Shown here one piece after another: positions 20,049 to 30,996 of a DNA stretch of 64,000 nucleotides (the first letter of the stretch is position 1; every line of letters begins with the position of its first letter). The DNA lies in assembly GCA_033764315.1 (NCBI GenBank), contig JANRJA010000056.1, positions 17,515-81,514 on the forward strand, in the 5' to 3' direction. The DNA is from Oculatellaceae cyanobacterium bins.114. Its GTDB lineage: Bacteria; Cyanobacteriota; Cyanobacteriia; Elainellales; Elainellaceae. The position numbers and the translations under genes were made by a program. The notes below the pieces were generated by a model that searched no databases, was not told where the DNA came from, and saw only the letters and a list, made by a program, of their open reading frames with translations.

Positions 20049-20470
20049 TGCTTGACTCCGTCATTTTCAAATCCATTCGTAGTGCTCACACACTCACATT
20101 TTCTAACCCCAAACCACCCCATTGTCAGCACCCAGTCTCAACCTTTACAGCAACTTTGAGAGATAGAGACTGGGTTGTATCTACAGTGGTTTATCTGTAT
20201 GAGCCAACTCACTTAGCTCATTTTTTTGAAGCGTTAGCTACCGATTGGCAGGGCTGGAATGAGCCAAAACAGTGGATCTCGATTGAGAGCCACATCACAT
20301 TGCGCTGTGTATTTGAAGGATCCTCTGATTTATCTCCTGTTGTTGAAATGTCGGTTTCTTTAACTCCTGATCCTGATCAACCTGAGAAGACAGTACAAGG
20401 AATGATCTACCTCAAAGCAACTGAATTAGGGGCGATCGCCTTTCAACTCAAAAAATTCTTACATCTCTGA
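20048..20470 (+). CDS. DUF6228-like hypothetical protein
   Basis: LAHFFEALATDWQGWNEPKQWISIE pattern; TAATG overlap with the upstream gene. Confidence 0.65.
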   Translation: MLDSVIFKSIRSAHTLTFSNPKPPHCQHPVSTFTATLRDRDWVVSTVVYLYEPTHLAHFFEALATDWQGWNEPKQWISIESHITLRCVFEGSSDLSPVVEMSVSLTPDPDQPEKTVQGMIYLKATELGAIAFQLKKFLHL

Positions 20471-20553
20471 CAGAACTGACTGACATTAACCCCTTCCGTT
20501 AGCCGAATAGCTCTCTTACAAATTGGTTTTTTGGAATGGAGGTTTAATAGTAT

Positions 20554-20586
20554 AAAGGTCAAAGTTCTTTAAGAGCTTTGACCTTT
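20554..20586. terminator. 33-bp near-perfect palindrome, likely bidirectional terminator
   Basis: AAAGGTCAAAGTTCTT-T-AAGAGCTTTGACCTTT between convergent genes. Confidence 0.6.
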
Positions 20587-20696
20587 GAGCGGCACTTAAA
20601 TTAAAGAATTTCAGATTTTTCCAGCCTCACTAAACTCCTCACAATGACCGTCCGCACAAGATCCCATTAGGATGAACAGTGCCTTACTTAATTCTC

Positions 20697-20897
20697 CTAA
20701 AGTAATATCAACACGACAAAAATCCCTGTTACTAAAAGTAGCCAAGTAGGTAATTGTCCAGCAACAGGTTCTGATACATCTCTACGAAAAGAGCAATTCA
20801 AGCAAGTGTAAATGCTACTGCCTTCTTGAACAATAGCTCGTTTACCACACTGTGGACATTCCATTGGGTGAGAATGTTCTGGAATTTGAATGATCAT
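20697..20897 (-). CDS. Small zinc-ribbon protein with C-terminal membrane anchor
   Basis: CPQC...CLNC, hydrophobic tail; AGGAGA RBS. Confidence 0.75.
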   Translation of the reverse strand: MIIQIPEHSHPMECPQCGKRAIVQEGSSIYTCLNCSFRRDVSEPVAGQLPTWLLLVTGIFVVLILL

Positions 20898-21388
20898 AAT
20901 CTTCTCCTGACTTGGGTCAACAAACGAGAAAAATTCATTTCTCGTTCTATCTATTTTCTATCAATAAATTCTTGATTTATCAAGCAATTAAATGAAGATT
21001 TTTCAACCAAAAAGCTTACCAGAAAACCTTTGTAGAATTTAGAAATATTAGGATTAAATCCAAATTTTCTCATCTATTTTAATATTCTTGAACTCATTTC
21101 AAAGATATAAAAAACCTTTTGATTCATGCTGACTTTCCAAAGACAAACCCATCTTAATAACTACTACTTAAAAACAATCAACTCAAACTGAACTGCAAAC
21201 AGAAGATATGGAATTGACATACTAAATGAACTACTGTCTGAGGACTAACAGTTGAAATCAGATTGGATTTAGACTCAATTGTTAAAAGTAGTTAACTTTA
21301 GCCAGAACTGGATTGAACTGGACAAGATAGAAAAAATTAGGACAAAATCGGACGTATTTAAGAAAGTCAGTATAAAATTATTTCGTGG

Positions 21389-21871
21389 GTGTATTTAGTA
21401 GAACTCAGCATGGTACAGACAGGTTCGTCAGAGTTTTGGCAAGAAATTATCAATCGCTTCGTTGAGTTATCAGACCCTACAAAGGTGGTTTATGCCAGAG
21501 CTTTGTTGGCTTCGTTGGGAGACTATGCATTAGATGAGAATGTTGAGCGACAATTGATACCTACTACGACTAACAGCATTCTGACGCCATATGACATTGA
21601 GGAAAGATATGGCATTAATCTTAAAGATCAAGATGCCTATGGCATTTCTTTAAGGAAACGCAAAGTTATTGAGTTTTTGAAAGAGCAAGGTCGTTCTGTA
21701 AATCCCAAAACAGATCTAAAGGAAAGCAAATATCAAGTCTTAGGATCTAAGCCAGCGATTCTCGGCAATGCATCTATATTCACTTACGCTGAAGCTTTAT
21801 ATATGACAAGTCATCGACGTCCGATTGCTGTCCCTCAGGTTTTAAAGGATTATTTGAATGAATCTTTATGA
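21389..21871 (+). CDS. Hypothetical protein (AT-rich)
   Basis: 160-aa ORF, alternative ATG at 21410; no recognised motif. Confidence 0.65.
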   Translation: MYLVELSMVQTGSSEFWQEIINRFVELSDPTKVVYARALLASLGDYALDENVERQLIPTTTNSILTPYDIEERYGINLKDQDAYGISLRKRKVIEFLKEQGRSVNPKTDLKESKYQVLGSKPAILGNASIFTYAEALYMTSHRRPIAVPQVLKDYLNESL

Positions 21872-22046
21872 TCCAGCAAACCGTATTACCTGAATTTTTA
21901 GCAGATGCTCTTTACATCAAGTGATTACCGATCGTTTGAGTAACAAGCCTTTGGCAATTCTTCCTGCTCTCCACTACCGACTCCTCATTCCCTCACTACC
22001 CACTCCCCTTATGATCTAGAGATAGAGGTTTAGAGCGCACGACATC

Positions 22047-22910
22047 ATGCCTGTTATTTGGGAGATAGATTTTTACTCACGCCCAGTGTTGGACGACCAG
22101 CAAAAAAAACTGTGGGAAGTGCTGATTTGTGAGAGTCCATTAGAGATCAATACCCGCTTAGACTCTCTATTTCACTATTCTCAATTTTGCTCTAACACCG
22201 AAGTTAACTCGGTTGTGTTATCTAAAGCCATTCAAGAAGCGATCGCCCAGGCACCTAAACCACCCGACAAAATTCGGTTTTTTCGCCGTCAAATGACCAA
22301 TATGATTGCCAGAGGGTGTCAAGAAGCAGGCGTTCCAAGCTATGCCAGTCGCCGGACGTTAGCCTTAAATGCCTGGATTCAAGAAAGAATGGAGACGGTC
22401 TATCCCGCGATGCCAAATTATCAGGCGGGAACCAATCCCTCGGTCAATGCTCCCCTCAACCCACCTCAGCCTCTGCCCGATGCTTTGATTGGACAACAGT
22501 GGGCATTTGTGACACTTGAGGCAGGGGCATTTGCGGATATGCCAGAATGGAAAATCGATTTTGGTGAAGCATTTCCGCTAGAGCTAGCCAAAATTGACCC
22601 AAAAGCTTTGATTCCCGGCATTATTGTCTTTTCACCCCGAGCCTTGCCGCTAGCCGCCTGGATGTCAGGCTTAGAACTTGCCTCATTACACCTCAGCGAC
22701 GAAGCTCCTGCAAGACTGTTACTTGAGACTGGCATTAGCGATACCTGGATTCTTGCTAATCTGCCCAAACCTCAATTGAAACAAGAAGCTGAAGCCTTTG
22801 AAGTCGCCAAAAAAGAGGCTAATGGGGTTCATTTTCTGGCTGTGCAGGCTAATCCCCAGGCTGAGGAATTCACAGGTTTTTGGTTAATGCGAGAGGTTGA
22901 CTTAACATAA
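22047..22910 (+). CDS. Tab2/Atab2 family RNA-binding protein
   Basis: WEIDFYSRPVLD...KKLWEVLICE, IRFFRRQM, AAWMSGLE, HFLAVQ...FTGFWL. Confidence 0.92.
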   Translation: MPVIWEIDFYSRPVLDDQQKKLWEVLICESPLEINTRLDSLFHYSQFCSNTEVNSVVLSKAIQEAIAQAPKPPDKIRFFRRQMTNMIARGCQEAGVPSYASRRTLALNAWIQERMETVYPAMPNYQAGTNPSVNAPLNPPQPLPDALIGQQWAFVTLEAGAFADMPEWKIDFGEAFPLELAKIDPKALIPGIIVFSPRALPLAAWMSGLELASLHLSDEAPARLLLETGISDTWILANLPKPQLKQEAEAFEVAKKEANGVHFLAVQANPQAEEFTGFWLMREVDLT

Positions 22911-23056
22911 CCCCGACTACTGAGGTATGGCTGACGGATGCGCACCTTAACCCAAATTTTGGGTTGCACTCCAGATTTCAATGAAGATAACCCTAGCGCA
23001 ATGTACCCTAATCCCTGAAGATGATTTAAGGATGTCTGACCTCTAACCTAGGAATT

Positions 23057-24367
23057 ATGGCTTCTGACAATTCGCAACAAGCAGCACTGGCAGAGCAACT
23101 GTTGGAATTAGCTATGCAGTCAGGGGCAGAGGCAGCGGAGGTTTTTCAATCGCAGTCTTTGTCACGACCTGTTTTTTTTGAAGCCAATCGGCTGAAGCAA
23201 CTAGAGAGTTCTCAAGCAGAGGGAATTGCCTTGCGGCTCTGGCGCGAGGGTCGCCCAGGGCTGGCAGTCGCTTATGGCCCTGTTGCTCCCCAAGCTCTCG
23301 TCGAAAGAGCGATCGCCCTCAGCCATCTCAACGATGCTGAAACGATCGAACTCACCGCCTCTACTAAAGCGGTCTATCCTGACTTAGGAGAAGCTGTCTC
23401 AGTCGAGCAACTAGTCGAGTGGGGCAAAGAGGCGATCGCCTTGGTGCGCCAGTCCTACCCCGAAACCCTGTGCTCGGCAGAATGGGAATGTGACGTCGAG
23501 ACCACACGCCTGATTAACTCTAAGGGGCTGGACTGTGGGTATACCGACACTACCCTGAGTTGTTTTTTGGCGGCTGAGTGGGTGCGCGGCGATGACTTTT
23601 TGAGTGTCTCCGATGGGCAAACTCAACGAGGTCAGCTTGACCCAGTCGCCCTGGCGCAACAAATTTTGCAACGGCTCCGTTGGGCCGAGACTAATACGGC
23701 TCCCGCCACGGGCAGAGTGCCTGTGATCTTTACCGCTAAGGCAGCCGACATGTTGTGGGGCACGGTGCAAGCCGCTTTGAATGGCAAACAAGTCATTGAG
23801 CGAGCATCTCCCTGGAGCGATCGCCTGGGTGAACCCGTCACAGCAGCGGCTCTAACCATCTCGCAACAGCCTGATGCTGGCCCCTTTAGTTGCCCCTTTG
23901 ATGATGAAGGCTCTCCCACCCAACCCATCACGTTTATCAAAGATGGCGTATTGCAATTGTTTTATACCGATCACACGATTGGCAAAGCATTGGGCAGTGG
24001 CACGACAGGCAACGGGTTTCGTCCTGGTCTTGGCAGCTACCCCACTCCAGGCTTATTCAATTTACTGATTCAACCTGGGTTTAAATCTCTCACCGAGCTG
24101 ATCGGCTCTCTCAAACAGGGCATTGTAGTTGATCAAATGCTAGGTGGAAGTGCCAGCATTTCTGGAGAATTTTCAATCAATGTGGATTTGGGGTATCGAG
24201 TCCACAATGGCGAAGTGATTGGACGGGTAAAAGATACAATGGTCGCGGGTAATGTCTACACTGCCCTTAAAAACTTGATAGAACTGGGTGAAGATGCAGA
24301 TTGGAATGGCTCTTGCTTTACCCCATCAGTGATTGTGGAAGGATTATCAACCACAGGTAGAGCCTGA
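23057..24367 (+). CDS. TldD/PmbA family protein (PmbA/TldE type)
   Basis: PFDDEG, TTGNGFR, SGEFS, VKDTMVAGNVY, TPSVIVEGL. Confidence 0.9.
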   Translation: MASDNSQQAALAEQLLELAMQSGAEAAEVFQSQSLSRPVFFEANRLKQLESSQAEGIALRLWREGRPGLAVAYGPVAPQALVERAIALSHLNDAETIELTASTKAVYPDLGEAVSVEQLVEWGKEAIALVRQSYPETLCSAEWECDVETTRLINSKGLDCGYTDTTLSCFLAAEWVRGDDFLSVSDGQTQRGQLDPVALAQQILQRLRWAETNTAPATGRVPVIFTAKAADMLWGTVQAALNGKQVIERASPWSDRLGEPVTAAALTISQQPDAGPFSCPFDDEGSPTQPITFIKDGVLQLFYTDHTIGKALGSGTTGNGFRPGLGSYPTPGLFNLLIQPGFKSLTELIGSLKQGIVVDQMLGGSASISGEFSINVDLGYRVHNGEVIGRVKDTMVAGNVYTALKNLIELGEDADWNGSCFTPSVIVEGLSTTGRA

Positions 24368-24690
24368 GCTGTCACAATAGAGGCAAGGGTGCAAAACCGA
24401 ACCTTGCCCCAGACAGCATCTACCTAATCTTAAAGATTAAACTACAGTGCTAGTTAATTTGAAGGTATTCAGCGAGAACAGGGCAACCTCTCCTTAGAAG
24501 CACTTCATCTTGTCAGAAATGACGTAGGAAGTCAGAGATTATTAAGCAAAAACAATGAAGCAAAATAATCAGGTAGAGATTAATCTAAGCAATAGAGTAT
24601 AAAACCAGCTTGCAAGAATTTTAACCTTCGTATTTAAGGTGGTGTAACTACGACTTCTGCTTGTACTTATGCAGCCACCCAAAAGCTAGT

Positions 24691-27600
24691 ATGAGTGACG
24701 TTCAAACCATTGAGCAAACCTATAACCTGTTAGACTACTTGCCGATTGGGGCTTTTATCCTGCGGCAAGATTTTACGGTTGCTTTTTGGAATCAGTGTTT
24801 ACAAAAATGGACGACTATCACCAAACGGCGCATTGAAGGCAAAGATATTCGCGCTTATTTCACCCATTTCCAGTTTCCTGACTATGAAACCGCACTACAG
24901 CAGGTATTTAATGAGGGAACCTCAATCACCTTTGCTGGAGAACCTTATCAGCATTTGATTCCTGCCATTTTGCCAGATGGCAACCAGCGAAAACAGCACA
25001 CCACTGTGACAGCCATCCCTGCTCCAGTCGGCATGGGGTTCTACGCCCTGTTTTCAATTCAAGATGTGACTGAGATTGGGTCAGACGAGCCAGGTGATAG
25101 AGAAAAGAGTAATGCCCAATTATTAGAGGGGATGCGTCAACAGGTTGAAGAGACGCTGCAAACCCCAGAAGAACCCTTTCGATCGCTAGTTCAAAATGCC
25201 TCTGACATTATTACGATTTTGGCAGCAGATGCCACTGTCTTATATCAAAGCCCTTCTACAGAACGAATTTTAGGTTATTCCTCTGATCTGTTTATCGGTC
25301 GTTGTGCTTTTGATTGGATGCATCCTGACGATGTTGCTAATGCTCAAACCGCATTTGAGACGTTAACTCAAACTATAGGTGCCTCCATTTGCATTGAATA
25401 TCGCTGGCGACATGCCGATGGCTCCTGGGTCTATTTAGAGTCAATTGGCAGCAATCAACTCGACAATCCCCATGTCACTGGCATCGTAGTCAATACTCGT
25501 GATATCAGCGATCGCAAAAAAATTGAAGCGGCTCTGCGGCAAAACCGCGAACAACTCAACAGCATTTTAAACTCTCTAGCGGATGTGGTGTGGTCTGTGT
25601 CTGCCGAAACGGGGGAAATTTTCTATTACAGCCCCAATGCTGAACTGCTTTATGGTCGTCCCATCTCCGAGTTCTTTGCTGACCCCAATCTGTGGCTCAA
25701 GCTAGTCCATCCAGACGATCGCCAACAAGTAGTGCTAGCTTGCCACACACTCAGACAAACCAGAGGTCACGATGTGGAATATCGCATCCTCAGACCCGAT
25801 GGAGATGTTCGTTGGGTGCGCGATCGCGCCCGTTTAATTAGCGACGACGAAGGTAATGCCATTCGCATTGACACCATCATCACTGACTTTACAGAACGCA
25901 TTCAAATCGAAGCCGCTCTGCGCCAGAGTGAAGAACGATTTCGATCGCTGGTTTCCAACCTTCCTGGAGCGGTGTTTCGCCATACCTATGACCCCAATGC
26001 TGAGCCAGTCGGAGTAGCCAAGTTTGTCAGTGATGCGATCGAACAAATTTGTGGTTATCCGGCTTCTGATTTTATCAATAACCAGGTGCGCTCCTTTTTT
26101 GACATTGAGCACCCCGAAGATATCAGCAAGCTCGATCATGCTATTGAACAAAGCCTGATTGACCGACAACCCTATGCGCTGGAATATCGCATCATTCATG
26201 CGGATGGCAGTGTGCGTTGGGTCTATGAAAAGGGGCGTTGTATCTTGGATGAGCATGGATCGCTGTTATGGCTGGATGGTGTGATTTTTGATATTAGCGA
26301 TCGCAAACAGGCAGAAGCCGCGCTAGAGCAGCAACGAGAAGAATTAACCCTGAAAAACATTGCCCTAGAGCAAGCCCGTGGCGAGGCAGAGGCGGCAAAC
26401 CGTGCCAAGAGTGACTTTTTGGCAACCATGAGTCATGAAATCCGCACTCCCATGAATGGGGTCATTGGCATGACCAGTCTGTTGGCGGAGACAGACCTGA
26501 CCCTGCAACAGCGCGATTTTGTTGAAACTATCCGTGGCAGTGGTGAAACGTTGTTGACCATCATCAATGACATTCTTGATTTTTCAAAGATTGAAGCAGG
26601 CAAGCTTGAGTTAGAAACCAATCCCTTTGATCTACGAGCCTGTGTAGAAGGGGCGATCGATTTGCTTGCTTCAAAAGCATTAGAAAAAGGGTTAGAACTG
26701 GCTTATGTGATCGAGCCAACTGTTCCCCAAACCATCGTGGGAGATATCACCCGCTTACAACAGATTTTGGTGAATTTGTTAAGCAACGCCATCAAGTTTA
26801 CCCATGCTGGAGAAGTGACTATTTCTGTTGTGGCTCGTCTCCTGCGACAGCAGTCTAAACAACACCAACCCAATATCTACGCCATTCGGTTTACGGTTCA
26901 AGATACAGGCGTCGGCATTCCCTCTGATCGCCTCGATCGCCTGTTTCAACCTTTCTCACAAATTGACTCCTCCATTAGCCGCACCTACGGAGGCACCGGA
27001 TTAGGATTGGTGATTAGCCAACGCCTGACCGAGATGATGGGTGGTCGAGTCTGGGTCGAGAGTGAAGTGGGGCAAGGGTCTACCTTCCATTTCTCAATTG
27101 TGGGAGAGGCTATCCAACGGAGTGCCGATATCTCTGCCGCATTAGACCCTGGCTCTGGGGTCACCTCATTTCAAGGAAAACGGTTGCTCATCGTGGATGA
27201 TAACGCCATTAGTCTGCGCAATTTGGCATTTCAAGCTCAACTGTGGGGAATCACCGTCTGCATGGCAGCTTCTGGACAAGAGGCCCTGCAACAGTGGCAA
27301 CAACAACCCCCGTTTGATGCAGCTCTGATTGACAGCCAACTGCCTGACATGCAAGGAACCACTCTAATCGCGGCTATTCGTGAGCAGTCTCCCCACCACT
27401 CAATTCCTCTGGTGTTAATGACTCACCTCTATCCAACAGGAAGTGATCAACCTCACCCTGCTGGAGTCAGTTCTTTAACCAAGCCAATTCGCCAATCTCA
27501 GTTTTACACCGCTCTAATTGAGCTTTTTGGGACATCGGCTCACTCAACCGAAGCTGTGCTGCTCAAGAGCACCAAACCCAATCTTAATCTGGCCGATCAG

Positions 27601-28368
27601 TCACCATTGCGCATCTTAATTGCAGAAGACAATGCGGTTAACCAAAAAGTATTGATGCGATTATTGCAACGTATTGGCTATCAGGCAGACATTGTCAACA
27701 ATGGCTTAGAGGTGCTAGATGCGTTATCAACCCAGCGTTATGATGTGGTGTTAATGGATGTTCAGATGCCTGAAATGGATGGTTTAACAGCCACTCAGCA
27801 GATTCATCAGCGATGGAAGCCCCATGAGCGTCCTTATATTATCGCGGTGACAGCAAACGCTATGCGGGGCGATCGCGAAGAATGCCTGCAATCAGGGATG
27901 GACGACTATTTGAGCAAGCCCATTCGACCTGACAAGCTGACCCATGCTCTCAAGCAATGTTATCAACAGGTATCTCAAAAACAGGGGGCGATCGCAGCCG
28001 TAGAAAGCTCAGCTAATGTAACCGATCAAATCATTGATCAAAGTATTTTGATCTCCTTTGGCAAAGAAATGGGGGGAGTAACCCGTGAGATCTTAGGAGA
28101 GCTAATCAACTGTTATTTAGAAGAAACCCCTAAGTTGATTAAAAGATTGAAATTAGCCAATCAACAGAGGAATATGGCTACTCTAAAAAGCGTTGCTCAC
28201 ACCCTTAAATCAAGTAGTGCGACCCTTGGAGCCATGCAACTAGCACGATTGTGTGAAAAGTTAGAACAGAGTCCTATCAGTGTCGTCAATCAAGATATTA
28301 CTCAATTACTAACAGAGTATGAAAACGTCAAATTAGCCTTACAAAAGCAGCTGATTCAGCTAACTTAA
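24691..28368 (+). CDS. Hybrid sensor histidine kinase (multiple PAS/PAC, HisKA, HATPase, two receivers, Hpt)
   Basis: FLATMSHEIRTPMNG, NLLSNAIKFT, GGTGLGL, LMDVQMPEMDG, AHTLKSSS; start ATG 24691 (ORF open from TTG 24661). Confidence 0.95.
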   Translation: MSDVQTIEQTYNLLDYLPIGAFILRQDFTVAFWNQCLQKWTTITKRRIEGKDIRAYFTHFQFPDYETALQQVFNEGTSITFAGEPYQHLIPAILPDGNQRKQHTTVTAIPAPVGMGFYALFSIQDVTEIGSDEPGDREKSNAQLLEGMRQQVEETLQTPEEPFRSLVQNASDIITILAADATVLYQSPSTERILGYSSDLFIGRCAFDWMHPDDVANAQTAFETLTQTIGASICIEYRWRHADGSWVYLESIGSNQLDNPHVTGIVVNTRDISDRKKIEAALRQNREQLNSILNSLADVVWSVSAETGEIFYYSPNAELLYGRPISEFFADPNLWLKLVHPDDRQQVVLACHTLRQTRGHDVEYRILRPDGDVRWVRDRARLISDDEGNAIRIDTIITDFTERIQIEAALRQSEERFRSLVSNLPGAVFRHTYDPNAEPVGVAKFVSDAIEQICGYPASDFINNQVRSFFDIEHPEDISKLDHAIEQSLIDRQPYALEYRIIHADGSVRWVYEKGRCILDEHGSLLWLDGVIFDISDRKQAEAALEQQREELTLKNIALEQARGEAEAANRAKSDFLATMSHEIRTPMNGVIGMTSLLAETDLTLQQRDFVETIRGSGETLLTIINDILDFSKIEAGKLELETNPFDLRACVEGAIDLLASKALEKGLELAYVIEPTVPQTIVGDITRLQQILVNLLSNAIKFTHAGEVTISVVARLLRQQSKQHQPNIYAIRFTVQDTGVGIPSDRLDRLFQPFSQIDSSISRTYGGTGLGLVISQRLTEMMGGRVWVESEVGQGSTFHFSIVGEAIQRSADISAALDPGSGVTSFQGKRLLIVDDNAISLRNLAFQAQLWGITVCMAASGQEALQQWQQQPPFDAALIDSQLPDMQGTTLIAAIREQSPHHSIPLVLMTHLYPTGSDQPHPAGVSSLTKPIRQSQFYTALIELFGTSAHSTEAVLLKSTKPNLNLADQSPLRILIAEDNAVNQKVLMRLLQRIGYQADIVNNGLEVLDALSTQRYDVVLMDVQMPEMDGLTATQQIHQRWKPHERPYIIAVTANAMRGDREECLQSGMDDYLSKPIRPDKLTHALKQCYQQVSQKQGAIAAVESSANVTDQIIDQSILISFGKEMGGVTREILGELINCYLEETPKLIKRLKLANQQRNMATLKSVAHTLKSSSATLGAMQLARLCEKLEQSPISVVNQDITQLLTEYENVKLALQKQLIQLT

Positions 28369-28477
28369 CCCTGTGCGACTTTCCCCAGATCCCCGGTTGC
28401 TGTAACGCAAATCAGGCTACTTTGAGGATGCTGAACGAGCAACCGGGGATCTAAACCTCTAAGTTGCACATCGCGTT
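28367..28477. mobile_element. MITE-like element family A, copy 1
   Basis: Imperfect TIRs AACCCTGTGCGACTT / AAGTTGCACATCGCGTT, internal hairpin AGATCCCCGGTTGCT...AGCAACCGGGGATCT; inverted second copy at 53017-53142. Confidence 0.75.
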
Positions 28478-28486
28478 ACTTATCTC

Positions 28487-28612
28487 ATACCAATTGAAAC
28501 AGTCTTTACGACAGATCATCGCCCCGAACTGATCCCCCTCAGTCCCCCTTTTCAAGGGGGATGCCGGAGGCAGAGGGATCTGATGTGTCGCATTCATAAC
28601 TCAAATTGGTAT
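28487..28612. mobile_element. MITE-like element family B (ATACCAATT...AATTGGTAT ends)
   Basis: Terminal inverted repeats and internal TCCCCC...GGGGGA hairpin; related ends at 32603-32697, 41755-41869, 59737-59838. Confidence 0.65.
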
Positions 28613-28730
28613 CACAACCGATTTAGGATTGCTATAGGGCAACAAGGCTTTGGCAAACTTCAACCAAAAGGTATTGGTTGAAAGTTGGCATTTTCGGGGA
28701 ACATAGAACGAGCATTTCGTCTATTTCTGT

Positions 28731-30215
28731 ATGATGTCTCTAGTTGGTCAATCTCTTCAAAACGGGAAATACACTGTTGATAAAGAACTAGGGCGAGGTG
28801 GCTTTGGGATCACGTACAAAGCTGTGAATACCGCCTTAGATCAAACGGTCGTGATTAAAGCCATCAACAACTCGCTGCGCCAAGACCCCAATTTTGACTA
28901 CTTTCAACATCAGTTTCAGAATGAGGCCAAGCGTTTAGCTCGATTTTCACACCCTAATATTGTACGGGTGAGTGATTTTTTTACTGAAGATGGTTTGCCC
29001 TACATTGTGATGGATTACGTTCCAGGCTTAACGTTAAGTCAGGTCGTGCTGAAGCTCCCCTTGCCAGAGGCAACTGCAATTCATTACATCCGACAAATTG
29101 GGGCCGCGCTCGAAGTCGTCCATCAAAACGGGTTGTTGCATCGAGATGTGAAGCCCCAGAATATTATTTTGAGGGATGATACCAAACAAGCTATCTTAAT
29201 TGACTTTGGGATTGCCAGAGAATTTACATTAGGAGTGACCCAAACTCACACAGGCATAGTATCAGCAGGCTATGCACCGATTGAGCAATATTTGCTGCAC
29301 GAAAAACGCACTCCGGCAACCGATGTTTATGGTTTAGCCGCCACACTCTATACCCTGTTGACAGCCCAGACTCCTGTGCCCTCTACTTTGCGCGATCGCT
29401 GTCCATTGCGATCGCCGCGTGAGTTATGTCCTGAGTTGAGTGAGAGAGTCAATCAAGCTGTTTTATCGGGGATGGAGATGGAACAACACAATCGCCCTGT
29501 GAGTGTAAGAGCCTGGTTGGCATTGTTACCGTCTCTGCCAGCCACCGATCTCGATCAGGGGTTACCCTTAGCAACCCTGCCGCTGACCGAAAGCTCTGGT
29601 AACGATACGACTGTTGTTGCCGCGCCCAACAACCAAACTCAAGCCCGATCGCCCATTGTCTCATCTCAAGCGGCTACGATCGCTCAAGTTCCCCCATCTC
29701 CTGGGTCTAGCGATGGAGATAGAAAAAGGTATGGCTCTTGGGCAGCAATGGCACTAGTGGCGATCGCCGTTTTAGGCATTGGCATCCCCTTATGGCGATC
29801 GCTCACATCGACTTTCAATCCTCAACCCAGCCCGGTCGTATCACCTGCATCTCCGTCTCCTGCGTCGGTTGCCACACCGCAACCCACCTCAACGCCCGAT
29901 GTAATGGGGCAGCCGTCACCCAACACAACCACTCGTCCCGCTAACTCCTCGCCAACGACTCCACCAACTCAGCCACGCCCTCGTGCTACCTCTACCCCTG
30001 TGGTGCCTGTCAGTGCGCCTGCTAATGCTCCCAGTCGCACAGTGCCAAGAACAGTTGAAGCCCCACAACCTACCCAACCTGCTCGTCAGCAAGCCCAACC
30101 TACTGATAACTCACAGGAACGAGTTAGAAACCCACGACGAGAGCAAAATAATGGGAATGGCAATGGGAATGGCAATGGGAATGGCAACGGCAACGGCAGA
30201 GGTCGAAGCAAATAG
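28731..30215 (+). CDS. Serine/threonine protein kinase (Hanks type) with TM helix and Pro-rich/(NG)n tail
   Basis: [34 protein letters not shown]. Confidence 0.95.
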   Translation: MMSLVGQSLQNGKYTVDKELGRGGFGITYKAVNTALDQTVVIKAINNSLRQDPNFDYFQHQFQNEAKRLARFSHPNIVRVSDFFTEDGLPYIVMDYVPGLTLSQVVLKLPLPEATAIHYIRQIGAALEVVHQNGLLHRDVKPQNIILRDDTKQAILIDFGIAREFTLGVTQTHTGIVSAGYAPIEQYLLHEKRTPATDVYGLAATLYTLLTAQTPVPSTLRDRCPLRSPRELCPELSERVNQAVLSGMEMEQHNRPVSVRAWLALLPSLPATDLDQGLPLATLPLTESSGNDTTVVAAPNNQTQARSPIVSSQAATIAQVPPSPGSSDGDRKRYGSWAAMALVAIAVLGIGIPLWRSLTSTFNPQPSPVVSPASPSPASVATPQPTSTPDVMGQPSPNTTTRPANSSPTTPPTQPRPRATSTPVVPVSAPANAPSRTVPRTVEAPQPTQPARQQAQPTDNSQERVRNPRREQNNGNGNGNGNGNGNGNGRGRSK

Positions 30216-30231
30216 CTCAGTTGCTGAAAGA

Positions 30232-30996
30232 TTAGGATGACACCTCAACCGGACAACCAGGTTGACGCCGAGCATTGAGATATTCCGTCATAATCTCGTG
30301 ATATCGAGTCTGCCCAAAGACCCGATAATGCCCTGGATAAACCGTTTCCACAGGTAATGTTTGCAGCCGTTCATAGGTTTGGATGTAAGTGGGAATGTGG
30401 CTGCAATGCAATTCATCCAACAATTCACCGTCATAAACGACATCGCCTGAAAACAAGTCTTGGGTCTTGGGGTCATAGAGCGCAATGCAACCAGGGGAGT
30501 GCCCCGGTAAATGCAACACCTCAAAAGCGCGATCGCCCAGATCTAACACATCTCCCTCATTTAAAACTTGAGTCGGTTCTGTGGCGTGCAGTTTATATTC
30601 AGTGACGGTAAACCCTTCATAGGGCAACTGCTCAAAGTGTTCTTCGAGCACCCATCCTTGCTCAGGTGTACACACTGCTTCGTAGTTATCGCCCGATCGC
30701 AGTGCCTCGGCCTCAGCAGTGTGAATGGCACGATGGTCAAACTCGTGCATGCCTCCAGAGTGGTCGAAGTGAATATGGGAAGCGATCGCCAGTAAGGGTT
30801 TGTCAATCAATGCGGCGATGTGATGTCGTAGGCTAGACACCCCCAATCCGGTATCGATCAACAGATCCTGGTTTTGACCTTTAATTAGCCACAAATTGGC
30901 TCGATTAAACCAATAATAGTGGGGTTCTGTAATCAGATATAAGCCGTCACTGATCCGTTCAGTCGTGAACCAGCGATCGCACACTTGAATACTCAC
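30232..30996 (-). CDS. MBL-fold metallo-hydrolase
   Basis: SHIHFDHSGG, PGHSPG, FSGD, PGH; GTGA overlap with the upstream gene. Confidence 0.92.
   Translation of the reverse strand: MSIQVCDRWFTTERISDGLYLITEPHYYWFNRANLWLIKGQNQDLLIDTGLGVSSLRHHIAALIDKPLLAIASHIHFDHSGGMHEFDHRAIHTAEAEALRSGDNYEAVCTPEQGWVLEEHFEQLPYEGFTVTEYKLHATEPTQVLNEGDVLDLGDRAFEVLHLPGHSPGCIALYDPKTQDLFSGDVVYDGELLDELHCSHIPTYIQTYERLQTLPVETVYPGHYRVFGQTRYHEIMTEYLNARRQPGCPVEVSS

Noticed and set aside
28696..28706. GGGAACAT motif (SigF/SigJ-like promoter), also near 46581 and 53755
   Set aside because: Too short and degenerate to call without transcription start data
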